A stretch of 64,000 nt of DNA from Bugula neritina (GCA_964035545.1 OZ037765.1:14394698-14458697); one strand, 5' to 3'. Shown: positions 13,801-29,400, numbered from the stretch's first letter. Notes: generated by a model not told the origin, from the sequence alone. Made by a program: numbers and translations.

Positions 13801-16800
13801 TATGTTGAAAAACTGTTTGCCTCTGAACTCTCTGGCAATGTCATAGACCTTTGTCCAGTTGGTGCCCTGACGGGGAAACCCTATGCCTTTACATCTAGGC
13901 CCTGGGAGCTTCGAAGAGTCGAGTCTATAGATGTGATGGATGCATGTGGAAGTAATATTACTATTGGTATGAGATCTGGAGAGGTCATGAGAATAGTTCC
14001 AAGGGTCAATGAGGTTGGTTTCTAATGGACATGTATGGAAAATATAAGTTGAGCTGCACCTGTTAAATATAAATTGTGTTTGCTTTCTGTGGTAGAAGTA
14101 ACTCTATTAACATTGTTTATTTAGGAATGTTTGTCTGTAAGTTTTATTATGACTTGACAGAAATCCAAAGTTGCTCATAACTCTATTAGGGTGTCAAATT
14201 GTTTCTATTCCTCACATTCTTTATTAAAAATATGTGCATAATATTGTTGTAACATGTTTTTACTTTCGTGGTGCTGTGATATTCATCGGTTGTTTACTTG
14301 GTACCTTTTTGTAGCCCTCTACATATCGAGATCTAACTTTAAAATTTAGAATATAGAGTGATATTTTCTAGCCATATACCATATAGTCATATACTGATTA
14401 CTGAGTGCATTTGTTGTGAGGTCGTTCAGGTGACAAAAAACTGTCAATATTTTTTTTTCTTTGTTTGAAAAAATTGCATGTGAATTATATGTTATGAAGG
14501 AAATTAATGAAGAATGGATATGTGACAAGGCAAGATTTGCAATTGACGGGTTGAGTGTACAGCGCCTCACGTCACCCATGGTCAAGTCTCCAGAAGGCTA
14601 TCTTGAAAACTGTGACTGGGAAGATGCTTTGTTTTGCGCTGCTGAAAAGATAACCAGGGTATGAAAGAGTGATTATTTTGCTTACATGTGCATGCCTGTG
14701 TTATATTAAAATTGTCATCGAAACTGCAGTGGTTTTGTAAAATAAAGTAATAAAATGTACTTTGAAACAGTTTTTGCATTCGATTTTGAATTGCGTAATC
14801 TAAATCAGAATAGAGCCGTAATTGACATTGGGTCAACCAATTGTTTAGTTCAGCAATACAGTAGTTGCCTTGACTATTGTAATTGTTTTCTCTGCTTATG
14901 GTCTGCTTAAATTTCAATTTTTAGGTTTTCAACTTATACAATTCTGCAGCAAGTTGAGCATATTTAGCATGAGCTTAAAATATTGAACAAATTATGTATA
15001 TTACAAAATTATGAGCTTGCAAGAATATTAGTAATTAAAAGCTAGTTATAGTGTTTGAATATGCAACTTACTAGTAGATGGTTGGCTGTGTGAGTTTGTA
15101 GCTACTGGGTTGCTGAGTACAAAAATTCCCTTTACAAATATGGAATTCCCTCATCTTTAATCTAAATATGAATCTATATGCTATTCAACTACCTCATCTC
15201 TATCCTGTAGGCTGGTGCAGGAAATGTTGCTGCTGTTGCTGGTAGTCTCGTGGACGCAGAGTCATTGGTGGCACTTAGAGATTTTCTCCACCGATTGGGC
15301 AGTGAAACACTCATTGTGAACAGTGAGCATCCTTCTGACCATCTCGTGTGAGTAAATGTTACATTTATTTTAGAATACCTATCTTTTTGAAAGGTTTTGA
15401 TTATAGAAGTCTAGTTTTTATGTTGATATAAAAGTTTTTTAGCATTTGGGGAGTTGACTGAATAAGTCAAGAAATCATTTTTTTGATATTGATGTTTGTT
15501 CAATTGTTTTGTCAAGTATGCTACCTTTCTACGGCTTATTTTACTAAATGCAGTTTTACTGGAAAAAATCAGGTTTCTCAGAATTATTTTTTGCTAGTAA
15601 TAGTAAATGTTGAACTATCTTTGTTAGAGACTCAACTGCAGTGGTAGTTTTCTGCCAAAAGTACTTAATTAGTAATGTGGCCTTTACTACTTATTGATAA
15701 TTTTTACACTAGTGTAGTTGTAATAACAATTATTAATTATAACTATTATATTTTCCATCATAACTTAATTTCATTAACAATATAAAATATAATTACAGTT
15801 AGAACCATGTACAACTGATACAAGTGTACTTGTTATTCTGTATACCATATTGTTTTTATAGTGACTAATCTAAAAATAATTTTGTGAAATTTTGATGGAC
15901 ATGTGCATTCTTGATTTCGCAATTCTTTCGACGAGCCGATAAATGAATTTAACATTCAGCAGTTCCTGTAAAGAGTTTGTGTTCTCATTGTGTAATCTTG
16001 TAGCTAAGTTTCAATTGATTGATTTTAGAAATGATCTTCGAGCTTCTTACATATTCAACAGTGGAATCGTCAGTGTAGAGGATGCAGATCATGTGCTGTT
16101 TATTGGTGGTAATCCTCGCCTGGATGCTCCAGTACTCAATGCTAGAGTTAGAAAATGGTGAGCTCAGTTACGTGTCCCAAAGATTCAACCAGGCAACTGA
16201 TTTCTTATTTTTTTAGAGATTTTCAAATTTTGATTTAAAGAGAATCGAAAGCTTCCTTGATCTTTTTCCAGTGAATACTTCATTTCTATATGGGAAAAGT
16301 TTTTGTTTTGTGTAGCTAACCATTTAAAGTAAGTAATGTATATTATTTGCATAAATAGATTATATAACAGAGTTTTGCTTTCTTCTGTGTGTATATACAT
16401 GCAGTACTAGGATAGTGATGGTAAATGGGCAATACATTGAGATCAGATACATTACTTCACTATCAGATACACTAATTCACTATCAGATACATTACTTCAC
16501 TATCATATACATTACTTCACTATCAGATACATTACTCCACTATCAGATACATTACTCCACTATCAGATACATTAATTCACTATCAGATACACTACTTCAC
16601 TATCAGATACATTAATTCACTATCATATACATTACTTCACTATCAGATACATTACTTCACTATCAGATACATTACTTCACTATCAGATACACTAATTCAC
16701 TATCAGATACACTAATTCACTATCAGATACATTACTCCACTATCAGATACATTACTCCGCTATCAGATACATTAATTCACTATCAGATACACTACTTCAC

Positions 16801-19800
16801 TATCAGATACATTACTTCACTATCATATACATTACTTCACTATCAGATACATTACTCCACTATCAGATACATTACTCCACTATCAGATACATTAATTCAC
16901 TATCAGATACACTACTTCACTATCAGATACACTAATTCACTATCAGATACATTACTTCACTATCATATACATTACTTCACTATCAGATACATTACTCCAC
17001 TATCAGATACACTAATTCACTATCAGATACATTACTCCACTATCAGATACACTAATTCACTATCAGATACACTAATTCACTATCAGATACACTAATTCAC
17101 TATCAGATACACTAATTCACTATCAGATACACTAATTCACTATCAGATACATTACTTCACTATCATATACATTATTCCACTATCAGATACATTACTTCAC
17201 TATCAGATACACTACTTCACTATCAGATACATGACTTCACTATCAGATACACTACTTCACTATCAGATACATGACTTCACTATCGAATGCATTACTTCTT
17301 GATATAAATCACCTCACTCTGGTAATATGACTCCCAGGTCTATACTCATTTCTTGTAGTTGGATACACAATGAACTAGAAGTTTCGCTGATAGGAGAGGA
17401 TGTAGACCTGACATATCACCATAATGTAAGTGTGTTATTCACCATTAAAGTGTAATAATGTAAATGAATAATTTTACTTTATTTTGTATATGCTGACAAA
17501 TTCAAACCAACAATTAAAAAAAAATAGTTCCAAATTTATGGAAATATAACATTTGGTGACATTTTTATATGCTGATTTTAAATATGTATAGAATAAAAAG
17601 TTGAAAGGAGGTCGTGCAATAATAAAGAGCAACGTCATTGTCATTTTGTCAAATCAACATGTGGTTGCATTCATGCTACTAGATGAAACTGTGACTAATA
17701 TGGTTTGCATCTCATTTGAAAGATTGAAAACTCTACTATTTGTAGATCATGAAATAAAATTAATAAAAATAAACTGTCTAGAATTTTTTTATAATTAATT
17801 GCCGCTCACTAAGTGAAATGCAAAAATTTGTGTTTTTTTTTTACCAAGAATGTAACAGAAAATGAAGTTTAACTTTTTTACACTTAATTAGTTTTCAACA
17901 AAAACAGATGCATTGGCAGCTAGAAATTTGTTAAATAGGTGAACATGGAGATATTTAATGTGTACTAAATAGAGTAAAGAAATACACATTCACTTGAACT
18001 ATTCATTGTAAAGTATGGTGTAAATATACCATGTAGATTGTACAGCATATATGCAGGAAAATAATATTCCTCACCATGTTGTAGCATCTGGGAGAGACTC
18101 TGTCAACCCTTGAACAACTTCTTGACGGATCACACGCTTTTGCTAAGACTATGTATGCTGCTAAGAGACCTTTGATTATTGTGAATGGAAAGACGTTGTG
18201 CGGGGAGAATGGGTCACGTGTGCAGAATCTGGCTCTGAAGCTGGCAAACAAGTTATCTCAACAGCAGGCGGAAGACGGCTGGAACGTCTATAATGTCCTG
18301 CAGACAGTATGTACAGTTTGTAATAGTATTTCAGTAGATACATCTTAGTGCAAGAATTACATTGTCTGAGATATTTCACTGGTGTTTTTAAAGCAAAAGT
18401 TTGAGTCATTATATCACTCTCGACTAAGTGAAATGATATTGAGATCTTCCTGTAAGCCAATGCCTAAGTGAGACGTCATGGTGCTGATAACTCTTATTGT
18501 TGACCACTAATACATTTATATACTTAACAGTGAAAGCTTGTATGATACTGAACTTATGTCGCACCTTATATGTTGTATCATTAAACCGACTATTTAAAGC
18601 TCGCTATGTGACAGTGTTGACTTGATGGTGTAAAGATGAAAGTCCTAATTTTTGTTTGCTAAAGTTGTACTCTGTCTGTGTCACACACTGATGTTGTGAT
18701 GTGTAAAACTGATGATTCTTGTAGGAGGCAAGTCGTGTGGCTGCTCTTGACTTGGGCTACAAGTCAAGCAGTAAGTCTGCATTAGCCAAACAGACAAAAG
18801 TGTTATATTTACTTGGGGCTGATGATGAAGTGATAAACAGGGCTGATTTAGCAGATGACTGTTTCATTATATACCAAGGTAGGTGACCAACTCTGCCGAT
18901 AGTGCTGTGGTATTACTGGTACCTGTAAAAATACAAGAACCCCAAAAGACTCGAGCAGAAAGCTGACTATATCCTGCTGTGTAAATGCTAAGCTAAAGTG
19001 AATATTCATATAGAGTGTATTCTAGCAGTTTGAGTCTTTACCTCAGTAAAACTAATCTTACTGCAGTAAAGAGGAACATTTTAGATTATTTTGATTACAC
19101 TTGAATAGAGCTCAATTGGGAAAAATATTTTAATATTACTCTTATAATGAAAGCTGTGTAGTAACAGCTCTCAATACTATATGTATGACGGCAGATGTAA
19201 TTAGGAAGCATTATAGTCGAGCATGTATTGTTATAATTTCCAGATTTAGGGTTGATGTGCTATCCAGAGAGTCTATTTATTTACTATAGAACTGCACCAG
19301 GATAAGTCGAGTGAACGAGTATATTTTACACACAATTATACATTACAAAAACGACACATTATTTCCAAACAAGTTACACATCTAATCTATTTCACACTCT
19401 AGCTTCGACTGCGTTAGCAGCGGGAAACTACAATTGCTGCTAACTATCAACTACGCTAATTGGCTATCCATTGTTCCGGGTCAATTACGCGACCCTACAT
19501 GTTGTGCTGCTGGTAGTTCCACGAACCACCACACCATCTACTTTGCATGCACTTGTAGGATATTTGTTTAGTTTCATTTGTTTTTATGTTTCATGTACTT
19601 TATTTTATATGCCATTTATGTATTGTTCTTTTCTTTTTGTATGAATTAGTTTTCAATGTAGACCACTCCAAATAAAAAACAATTATATTTTTCTGTAGAT
19701 TTATTTGGTATTGGATTAAATGTAAATGCATGTGTCATTGTATGTATAGTATACTGTGAATGCACCTTGTGAATAGGGCACCATGGAGATAGAGGGGCTG

Positions 19801-20702
19801 CCATAGCCGACTTGGTGCTGCCTGGTGCTTGCTACACAGAAAAGAATGCTACATATGTGAACATGGAGGGCAGAGCTCAGCAGGCTCGCCAAGCTGCCAC
19901 CCCACCTGGCTTAGCTCGAGAGGACTGGAAAATCATTCGTGCTCTCTCAGAGGTTTGTACTCTCAGCTCAGTCCAAACTTCAATATTTCATGAACTTTAA
20001 ATGTTATGCCAGGAATTCTCACAAAGGGCAGATCTTTTTAATTATCTGTGAGGAATTGTCATGTTTCAGATGCACTTGATAGCTTTTACTAATATAAAGT
20101 CAGGTCTAACATGCAAGTGTTTGGTATAGATGTGAATATTATACTATACACACACTGTATTGTGTACTTTCAACCACACTTTTTTGTAAGACTCTTTATT
20201 TACTTCAATCGTACAGATATGTGGCGTAACACTACCATACTCAAGTCTATCAACCGTAAGACAAAGATTATGCGAAGTATCTCCAAGTTTTAGTCGGTAT
20301 GGAGATCAGGAGGAAGCCTTGTTTTTCCAACAAGTTGTTTCGTTATCAGAGGTAAGGATTATGAGGCGGAAGCTGCTGCAGGTGACAAACATTGTGATCT
20401 CTAGTGCTGCTATCATACTAAGATGCTGTCCCCCCACTCATACTTAACCTTTTCTGCATGGCATACTCTGCAGTGTTTCATTTTCATCTATTGCCTGACG
20501 GCGCCAATCCAGCTCTCCTTATATTCAATAGTGTCACATTTTTACGAAATGTGTTTTACAGGGTTCATCCAAGTCCGGTGCAACAAATGAAAAGCTAACC
20601 AATGATATGAAAGATTTATCACATTTTTATATGACCAACAGTATCTCAAGGGCTTCAAGGACAATGGCAAAGTGTGTTCAAGCATTCAAAGACAAAGACT
20701 AG
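10852..20702 (+). CDS. NDUFS1: NADH:ubiquinone oxidoreductase 75 kDa Fe-S subunit (complex I), 15 coding exons, ~727 aa
   Basis: Exons 10852-10918, 11134-11234, 12801-12908, 13057-13215, 13436-13578, 13728-14013, 14500-14658, 15211-15347, 16029-16157, 17359-17425, 18085-18306, 18725-18878, 19777-19952, 20217-20351, 20562-20702 join in frame (2184 nt). Arg/Lys-rich presequence [19 protein letters not shown]; Fe-S motifs [61 protein letters not shown]; C-terminal [17 protein letters not shown]. Confidence 0.97.
12134..12666. mobile_element. Putative TTAA-flanked non-autonomous DNA transposon (Kolobok-like) in an NDUFS1 intron
   Basis: Ends TTAA-ACTTGCA... and ...TGCAACT-TTAA form a short imperfect TIR. 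The interior is CpG-rich compared with surrounding intron. Confidence 0.4.
16441..17298. repeat. 20-bp minisatellite, ~43 copies (consensus TATCAGATACATTACTTCAC), in an NDUFS1 intron
   Basis: Strict 20-bp register visible line after line. Variant halves ATTACTTCAC/ACTAATTCAC/ATTACTCCAC/ACTACTTCAC. Confidence 0.97.
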
Positions 20703-21892
20703 ACTCCAGAATTTACCATGTGTGATTGTGCTATTAGATATTTATATGGAAGTTTAACAGCCCTATTTACTTGAGTTTTGCAAGGTTGAATATTATACAT
20801 TAGGTTCTTTCTGGTTTGCTTATTAAGAAGTTCTTGGTGTCACATTTTGCAGGTTTCAACAAATATAAGTAATCTGATTTGTAAAGGTTAACCTTGATGG
20901 AGTATCTGCATTTTGCTCTGTTACTGAACTCAAAAACCTCACAGTTTGCCAAACATAAATGTTCAGTACAAACATAAAATGGCATATTACTATTCCTTCT
21001 TGTTCTTATCATGCTTGATTAAGTGTGTCAAAGAAATAGTTTTACGTAATAATATAATAAAAGCTGTGTTAAAGTAAATAGATAAATATTGAATTGTAAA
21101 TCTAGACTATTCTGTGAAAAACAGTACTAATGGCATGCTGTTATAGTCGGTTACATTATTTTATTATAATATGAATGTATTAATGAAAAGGAAAGATAAA
21201 ATTTATAGAGAATGTGAAGAAATGTCGGGCGTTTTGTTCATTTCCAAGATTAATACTTTGATATTTTAAACCGAATTACATATTTTTATATATAATGCGC
21301 CTTATGATTAGAGTCTTTGGTTCTTGAATAGAGGGAGTTTCCTATAAGAGGTGCTATTTTTCAGCAAAATATTTTGTCATAAAAATGCTCCACTGACCAT
21401 CACTTTCATCTTCAAAAAGCTCAAAGTAAAAAGCATTTTAAAATAATCCATGAACAAGTAAAAACCATGAGGGAATTCCCAACATCATTTTTAAAGTCAA
21501 AGCAAATTAGCCTAAGTCTTAGCTATCTGCAAGCCAGTTCTGGTTTCAATAAATAGTATACAAAATTGCTCATTTCCTAAGCATAACGTAGGCAATCATA
21601 TGAACTGAACAACTCTAACTTTCTTGGACCTGAGTTATGCTAGCTCTTTTTTCTTGCGGTTCTCAACAACATTTTGATAACCACCTCCTAAAACATACTT
21701 ACACTCCAAATATCAAGAGATAATGCGGTGGATAATGTAGAAAGCTATAAATAATATTTATGGGTTGTTCCTTTTATAAATTTGGATTGAAAGTTTTGAT
21801 ATTTTGAGACAATTAATTATTTTCTTGCGGCTACTTTTTCTTCAATGGACAGATGCATTGCTGCTAAAAACTACACATGTGTAAAATAATTG

Positions 21893-21965
21893 TCCCTACT
21901 GGAACTAGAACCACAGACCTCTGGCTTGCAAGAAGGCGCACTATAACCAATTTTACCACAGAGGC
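21893..21965 (-). mobile_element. Degenerate tRNA-like sequence (SINE head or tRNA pseudogene)
   Basis: Minus strand GCCTCTGTGGTAAAATTGGTTATAGTGCGCCTTCTTGCAAGCCAGAGGTCTGTGGTTCTAGTTCCAGTAGGG has A-box-like TGGTAAAATTGG and B-box-like GGTTCTAGTTCC at tRNA spacing. The acceptor stem does not pair properly. Confidence 0.5.
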
Positions 21966-23670
21966 AGCTGGGTAAACTCAGTACTACAACATGCACTGAT
22001 GAAAAATACATTTTGGATCAATAGTACATTTCATCCATTTACGCTCTATTAAGCTTCATCTTTTATATTTAGCTGTGCATTTTCTCAAAATAGCCATATT
22101 TATTCGATAGGAAGTATATGCTCTGACTTTGAAATGGAGTATATTTCATCATTTGGCTTTTTAAAACAGGTTAATATATGTGAAAGTACTAATACAACGC
22201 TGAAGTAGAAATTTATAATACCAATTTATAAATTGGTTTGGTGCTTTGTTTGTTACCATGTGGCTTTTTTCAGAATATATATTATTAATTAAAACATGTA
22301 TTTATAAACAAACTGCATGCTACTGTTACTGCTATGATGAAGGTATCTTATAGCCTCACCCATGTTTGTAATTAAACGTTTAATGACTTAGATTTCAAAT
22401 AATTAACCAAGTTTGCATACTTAATATTGTAATGCCCCTGTAATAACTCATAGTCATTCACAGATGCAGCAACTTTCAGTGAACACAGCACAGACTGTAG
22501 TCCAGTGGATTAAGTTGAGGTTTTTTAGCATTCATTATGAGAGCTGTTTTCTACAGCAACAGCTCTCACGTATACTCCCATTTTATCAATAAGGCTCAGT
22601 ATTTAGCAAATACTGTGTACATAAAGCACTGTATAAATTATATCATTGTATAGCAAATCAAATAGCCATATATGTACACATGACTAGGATCAGTTATATA
22701 TAAAGGAGCTTTTATTTAATCTGATACTTGGTAAATATTTGACCAATATATATAGTAGAGGCTTATATTGGTCGTGGCATGACATACAGATGCAATGCTT
22801 GAAAAGACTGCTCACATTTTTCAACTGCTGATCTCAAAAGGACTTGGCTCCATGCATGAGTCAGTTGGGAATTTTTTTATGTTTGAATAAAAAACTACAG
22901 TTAGCTGTTGAAGCATTGAAATGGGAACTTACTAGAAGTTGGAGACTTTACCATTTTTTATTATTGAACATTAAAATTGATTACGACCAAGTACAATACT
23001 GATGAGAAAAGTTTTAATAAAGATCGTTGGGTGAGCTGGAAAATGTTGAGATGAGGCAAGATGTTGGCATAGCTGAATCTCGTATCATCAGCTGAGCTGC
23101 ACATTGCCAAATCTCAGCTGTACATTCTTCTACAACTCTTCAGCTAGGTTAATCTTGACAGCAGAATACTGTTCTTTACAGAGAAGAAATTGAATTATCT
23201 GGTGAGTGTAATATACTTATGTTATGAGCTATAGTTTATGCTCAATACTGCAAGCTGCCTATTATAGCTCTAAGAACTTTTAGTCTCTGTTACGCAGCCT
23301 GTAATGCACGAATATAAAATGGCAGCAATTTACCAATAGGTTATTTGTCTTTGTTATATTGCTGTACAAGTTGTACTGGAAATAATTATTAAATGAGCAC
23401 TGTATTCCTGGTGTTGGTGCAATGGATATTGCTTTGGGAACAGTATTTTGAAATGTCTCTAAGATTTAAATGTTAAGACCTATAGGAGCTCTGGTTCACC
23501 TTAGCAATGCACTTAGGTTTTTCTCACTTTATAAGTGAGAAACTTTAGAAATGCATGAGGAGCACATGCTATCTGAGTTTAAGAACATATCAGGATTACT
23601 TGGCGAAAGTTTTTGTACCATAAGCCAAAAGCAGAATGACTACATCAAAAATAGCAAAAAAAGTTACTCC

Positions 23671-23890
23671 TGCCATGGTCTAAGGCCTAAGCACTCTAGG
23701 GGTTAGATAATTTGCTTAGTAAACACGAAGTCAACAACAAAGGCCATTGGTGATGTTAGGAAAAGCATCTGGTCATAATTGCTCCCGGGCCTCATATGAA
23801 GAAGTCCCTAGCCCAATATAACAAAAAAAACCTTTACATCAGGGATTTCTCACTGGGATGGCTACAATAAACTTGCTATGGTTTTTTTAC
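23671..23890 (+). mobile_element. Second, diverged copy of the 8536-8758 SINE (B-box deleted)
   Basis: Shares TCTAGGGGTT...TTTGCTTAGTAAACACGAAGT, CAAAGGCCATTGG, GTCATAATTGCTCC, CATCAGGG.TTTCTCAC and ATAAACTTGC in the same order as the reverse complement of 8536-8758. Confidence 0.8.
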
Positions 23891-24182
23891 TCATGCCAGT
23901 GAGTTGCCAATGACCCTATAATAAGTACCATTAACTGTCAGCTTTCTATTCTAAGCTCAGTAAATAGGTCTACACTACAATAATGAGCCTAAGTTTCTAT
24001 ATTTCTATACAGAAATACGATAGCACATCATAGGTAGACAAAGCGTTAACAAATATGTGCATTAAGAATTTGTGTTAATAGTAAGTATAGCAGTTTTACA
24101 AAACTGCTGCAATATTATTTACAGTACACTTATAATAATATGCCATGTGAGATGATGGAACAAGATAAGAAAATCTTGTGAT

Positions 24183-25053
<871 letters not shown>

Positions 25054-26472
25054 TAACATGGTTCTAAATAATCAGGTATGCTCAATGATACATTTTAAAG
25101 CAGAAAGGCAATTAATAGTTTTTATTTTCTAATCAATCTAATGTAAAAGCTTCAATTTTAACCAAAATAACAAAATTATGTAATTAGACTTCTATAAATA
25201 ATATGAGGTGATCTTAGTAAAGCGTACACTAAAGCTTTTCCCAAAATTATATAATATCATACAGCTATTGACCTAAGTTACAGAAGAATGTTGTACAGTC
25301 ATGGCAATAGTGTAGTGGCTTATGGACTTCCGAAGGGGGGGGGGGACATGTTTCCCCCTTCCTCTGCTCTATATTTCCCCGTTTGTCATACGACGACCAC
25401 GTGGCTGGTGATGTTGACTGTTCCCTAATTCTCCAATCAAGATGAAGGCCAGCCTGCGATAAAGATGGGAAGGAGTCAGTAAGGCTGGGCTAACAGTAAA
25501 GACTTGTGTAAATAATTATGTAGCTTTCTGGACTAATCTAAAGTTTTCTTATTATTGTATCTTGTGGTATAAATATACATATATATTATTCTCACACTAC
25601 AAACCTGTGGAGTTGATAACATGACTGTCTGCAATGTGCTAATTGGATTATACACAAATACCCACGCTAGAATCTGTGACTGATTACAATAGCAATACAA
25701 ATCTGCAGTCTATCACCAGGAAAAGTTGCAAAATTGAAGAACTGATGGTTAGTAATTACTAGGTGTTGACCAATTGGGTGGTCAACAGGGCACATGAATG
25801 GCATACTTTGAGCAATTTATTTCGTTATTTAAATATTATGTCAGACACAGAAGGCAATTGCTAATAGTATTCTTTCTGACTTTTTATAACCAATTTGGCT
25901 CTACATAAAACATGTCTCGCTTCTTGCTTCAACCAAGTTCTAATTCTTGTTTACGATTACCAAAACACTTAGAACTGTTCAGTCAGCCAACAGTTTTAAT
26001 ACCATAATGTTATTGTTTCAGCAATAAAGCTATCTTAAATACCACATTGTGATTACAACTTATGCCTGGGGAAACAATTATAATTAGTTGTTTTAGCATT
26101 TCCACAGTTGCAACTCGTAAATGGTTTAAAAATGATCTTTATTTGCTAAAAGCATGTTACCTACTACAGTGAAACTTAAAAGCATCTGGCATATAAAACA
26201 TAATACATAAAGTGATTGATTTTTTTAAAATTAATCAATGCCTTAGCATATGACTGATATAGCAAATTCTTTAGCTAGCATTCATCACACTGTCCTTTTA
26301 AAAAAATACAAATCTACAATTTACTGTCATTACAGAATAAGATATTATCATAACTTGCAAATGTTACAGCTGACAGAAAATACATAAAATCATTCAGCTA
26401 AAAATTAATTCAAAATATCAGAAAATAAAATAAAATTACTCCTATCTCTCCACACTGCTTCAAATAGCTAAG

Positions 26473-29400
26473 CTAACCTCTGCCACTTTTCAGTTTTGCT
26501 TGCCAAACGCGAATCTGTGAAATAGATGACAGATAATACAATAGAGATGCACACACCTACAGCAGATCTCTCAGAGCCTATGATGGTGCAACCATATACT
26601 GCTTTAACAAATCATCCACATTTTGTGTTTTAAGTAAAAATTTCAACAGACTACAAGACACAAAGGCAGTGTATTTTCAGTCATGTCAATTACTTTTAAA
26701 AGTATTTCAAATTTTTTCCACATATGCTTTATAGGATAATAAAATCAATAAAATAAAAATAAATGACAAAATTAATACAGCAGGCAAAGTAAAAATTAAA
26801 GCGAGAATAGCACCGAGAATGCAGCCCTAAATTATTTCGATAACAATAGAGATATATTGCAAACTTTTTGACAGAAAGAGATAACATATAAACTTATGAT
26901 GGAATAAAAACTATGCAACAAATATACACGCAAGTTAGCTGCAATAGCAGGCAGTGTACATGATTCATGGATACTTACTTCTCTTGTAACCAAATCCTTC
27001 TTTTTAGTGAACAATTGCTGCCGCCTTTTGTCACCGGTATTGGCAGCCGTTTGAATAGTCTCTGTATAATCTTTATTCAGCTGTGAAAGGATGCTAATAT
27101 AATCGCGTGCTGATAATTGGTTGCTTCTCATCAGTCCGGTTATGATGTCCATTTTTGAGGCAAGCTCAACTGATTTCTTCTTGAGTTTGTTGAGGTCGGC
27201 GGTAGATAGTTGCTTATTATTAGCATAAAGTCTGATCTAGAAGTCATACATCATTGCATATATGGGAGGAAAGGCAGCAGTGAAAGTGAAACCAAAATAT
27301 TTATTTAAATTGAAATTGAATATTGTAGTTTTCATAAATAACCACATTTAGTTTCTATCACCAAAAATAATTGGCTGGTAAGACACTTGAGTTAAGTATA
27401 ACTAGTTATAGATAAATTTGAAGTAACCTGAAGAAAAAAACCCATTAGTAATAGCTAAGACATGGCAACAGATTTGTCGGCAAAACCTTCACTAAACAGC
27501 AGCTTCAAACTACTTGGGCTTAAATATTTAGTGAGTATGTTGCTTCAAGTTCTCAAGAATTGTTTGAGGATCTTTAGAAATTGCACTTCAGTCTACGACA
27601 AGGACTCTTTGCTATATAGTGTCATAAAACTTTCTTTTCTACAAATACTAACTAAGGCTAGAAAAAAGTCTTACTCAATGCCAACTAATCCTCTGAGTTT
27701 TTTAGATTCTAATTTTAATGTATTTGGATTTGAAAAAACAGATTATTGAGCTAATACCGTCGAAAATTTGTATCATAAATATCAAGCAGTGCACACTGTT
27801 TGTTATTATTAAAGTAGCCTAGTTAAAAAACCAACTAGTTGAGAAACGATACAAGAGCATCAGGCAAGATAACCTACCTTTGAATCTAACTCCGCCTCCT
27901 CAAACTTTAAAACTTCCAAACTTTGCAATGGAAGGCTTGAGGCAGATGGCATAGACTCAGAGACAGAGCCCCTACCAGACCTACATATATCACTTAATTA
28001 TTGGTTAACCGAAGAAGCTTTATTTGAATAGTCAAATAAATAGAATATGTCCATCACACGTACATTCTTATCGTAATTAGCACAATTCATGAAGCATTGT
28101 TTTCTAACAATTCTAAAAATTTACAGAATAGAGTTGGATAGAATCAACACTGAATAAAATACTGTTGCGTAAAGTTGTGTATTAAAACAATAAACTGTAC
28201 ATTTGTTTAAAACAAGTTGAGTGACTTTGAATACATTAACATTACCGCAGCTGATTTGAGCTCCTTCTAATAGCATTACTCACCCTTTGACCAAACTACT
28301 CTAAAATATACATACAAAAAAATTGAAATGCCATAACACAACATACACTGGTACATCAAACAATAAAAATTAGAACTGCAGCAGTGCTCAAATTAGCAAG
28401 ATCCTGCCCAGACAACTCACATTATTAAACTTTTATTCTTGGAGCCAATTATATTTTGATATATTCATTCGAAAATTCAAACTAATAAATACCATACTAA
28501 TGCTGGACTAAAACACAAAATACCAACTAGTAGTGTAACTGAAGAGAGTCTGCATTGTTACTAGAAACTGGTAGGACTTACTGCAGCCTCTTTGTCCATC
28601 ACTACTGGCCGGCTTAGTCTAACAAACTGATCAATAGTCAACCACTTTTCCTCTATAACTTCCACTTGTTTCTGAGACAATGGCTCTCTCATTTTCAAAA
28701 CAACTTCCAAGTTACCACCTATCTCTTTTCTACCATTAGGATCTAACAGCTAAAATATTCAATAGCAATACAATACCAGACTCATTACATGCATACTATT
28801 TATTTAGTCATTTTTCTCAACTTCTCAAATTGAATATTTTACAGACTCTATCTATGCACTGTTGGCGGGTTTTACACAAATTACATCATTTTCACACCAC
28901 AAAAGAACTTTCTGCTAAAAACATATCAATTTAATCAAATGTTTTCACAATTGAATGCTACATCTTTAAGGAGTTAAAAATTGCAACTTTGGGGAGAATT
29001 TTAAACATTCAAGGGGGACAAAGATGTGTCTTATTTCTAAGCGTTTGCAGTGCATTGCTTGCATGCTCTATTCTTTTCACAATTTAATATTTCTACCATA
29101 ACAAGAATAGCAAAAAGGTTTCACTAATTACATATAGAGAGCTCTACATTGTTTAGTAAATTTTTTTGTTAAAGTGATTTGCATGCGTGTACCAGTACTT
29201 TTTAAAAAAAGTTTTATAATTATAATTTTTATTTATTGGTCGATTTATAGGCAGCAAATGAAGTGTTTTTGGGGAAATTTAAACTTGTGAAGACTTCCGA
29301 AGCAGAAACAGAGCAAAAAAAGTTGGGGAACCCTTGCTTTAACTGAAATCAAACGTTAATCACTAATCAAATTGGCATAATAGAACTTCCATGTTTGATT

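Noticed and set aside
16441-17298. CRISPR-like appearance (constant half plus variable half)
   Set aside because: Variable halves are 10-bp point variants of one sequence, not unique spacers; eukaryotic intron; no cas genes.
22990-23210. Exon-like segment (GACAG|CAGAATACT...TCTG|GTGAGT) in the NDUFS1-CC2D1 intergenic region
   Set aside because: No recognisable protein and no compatible neighbouring exons found.
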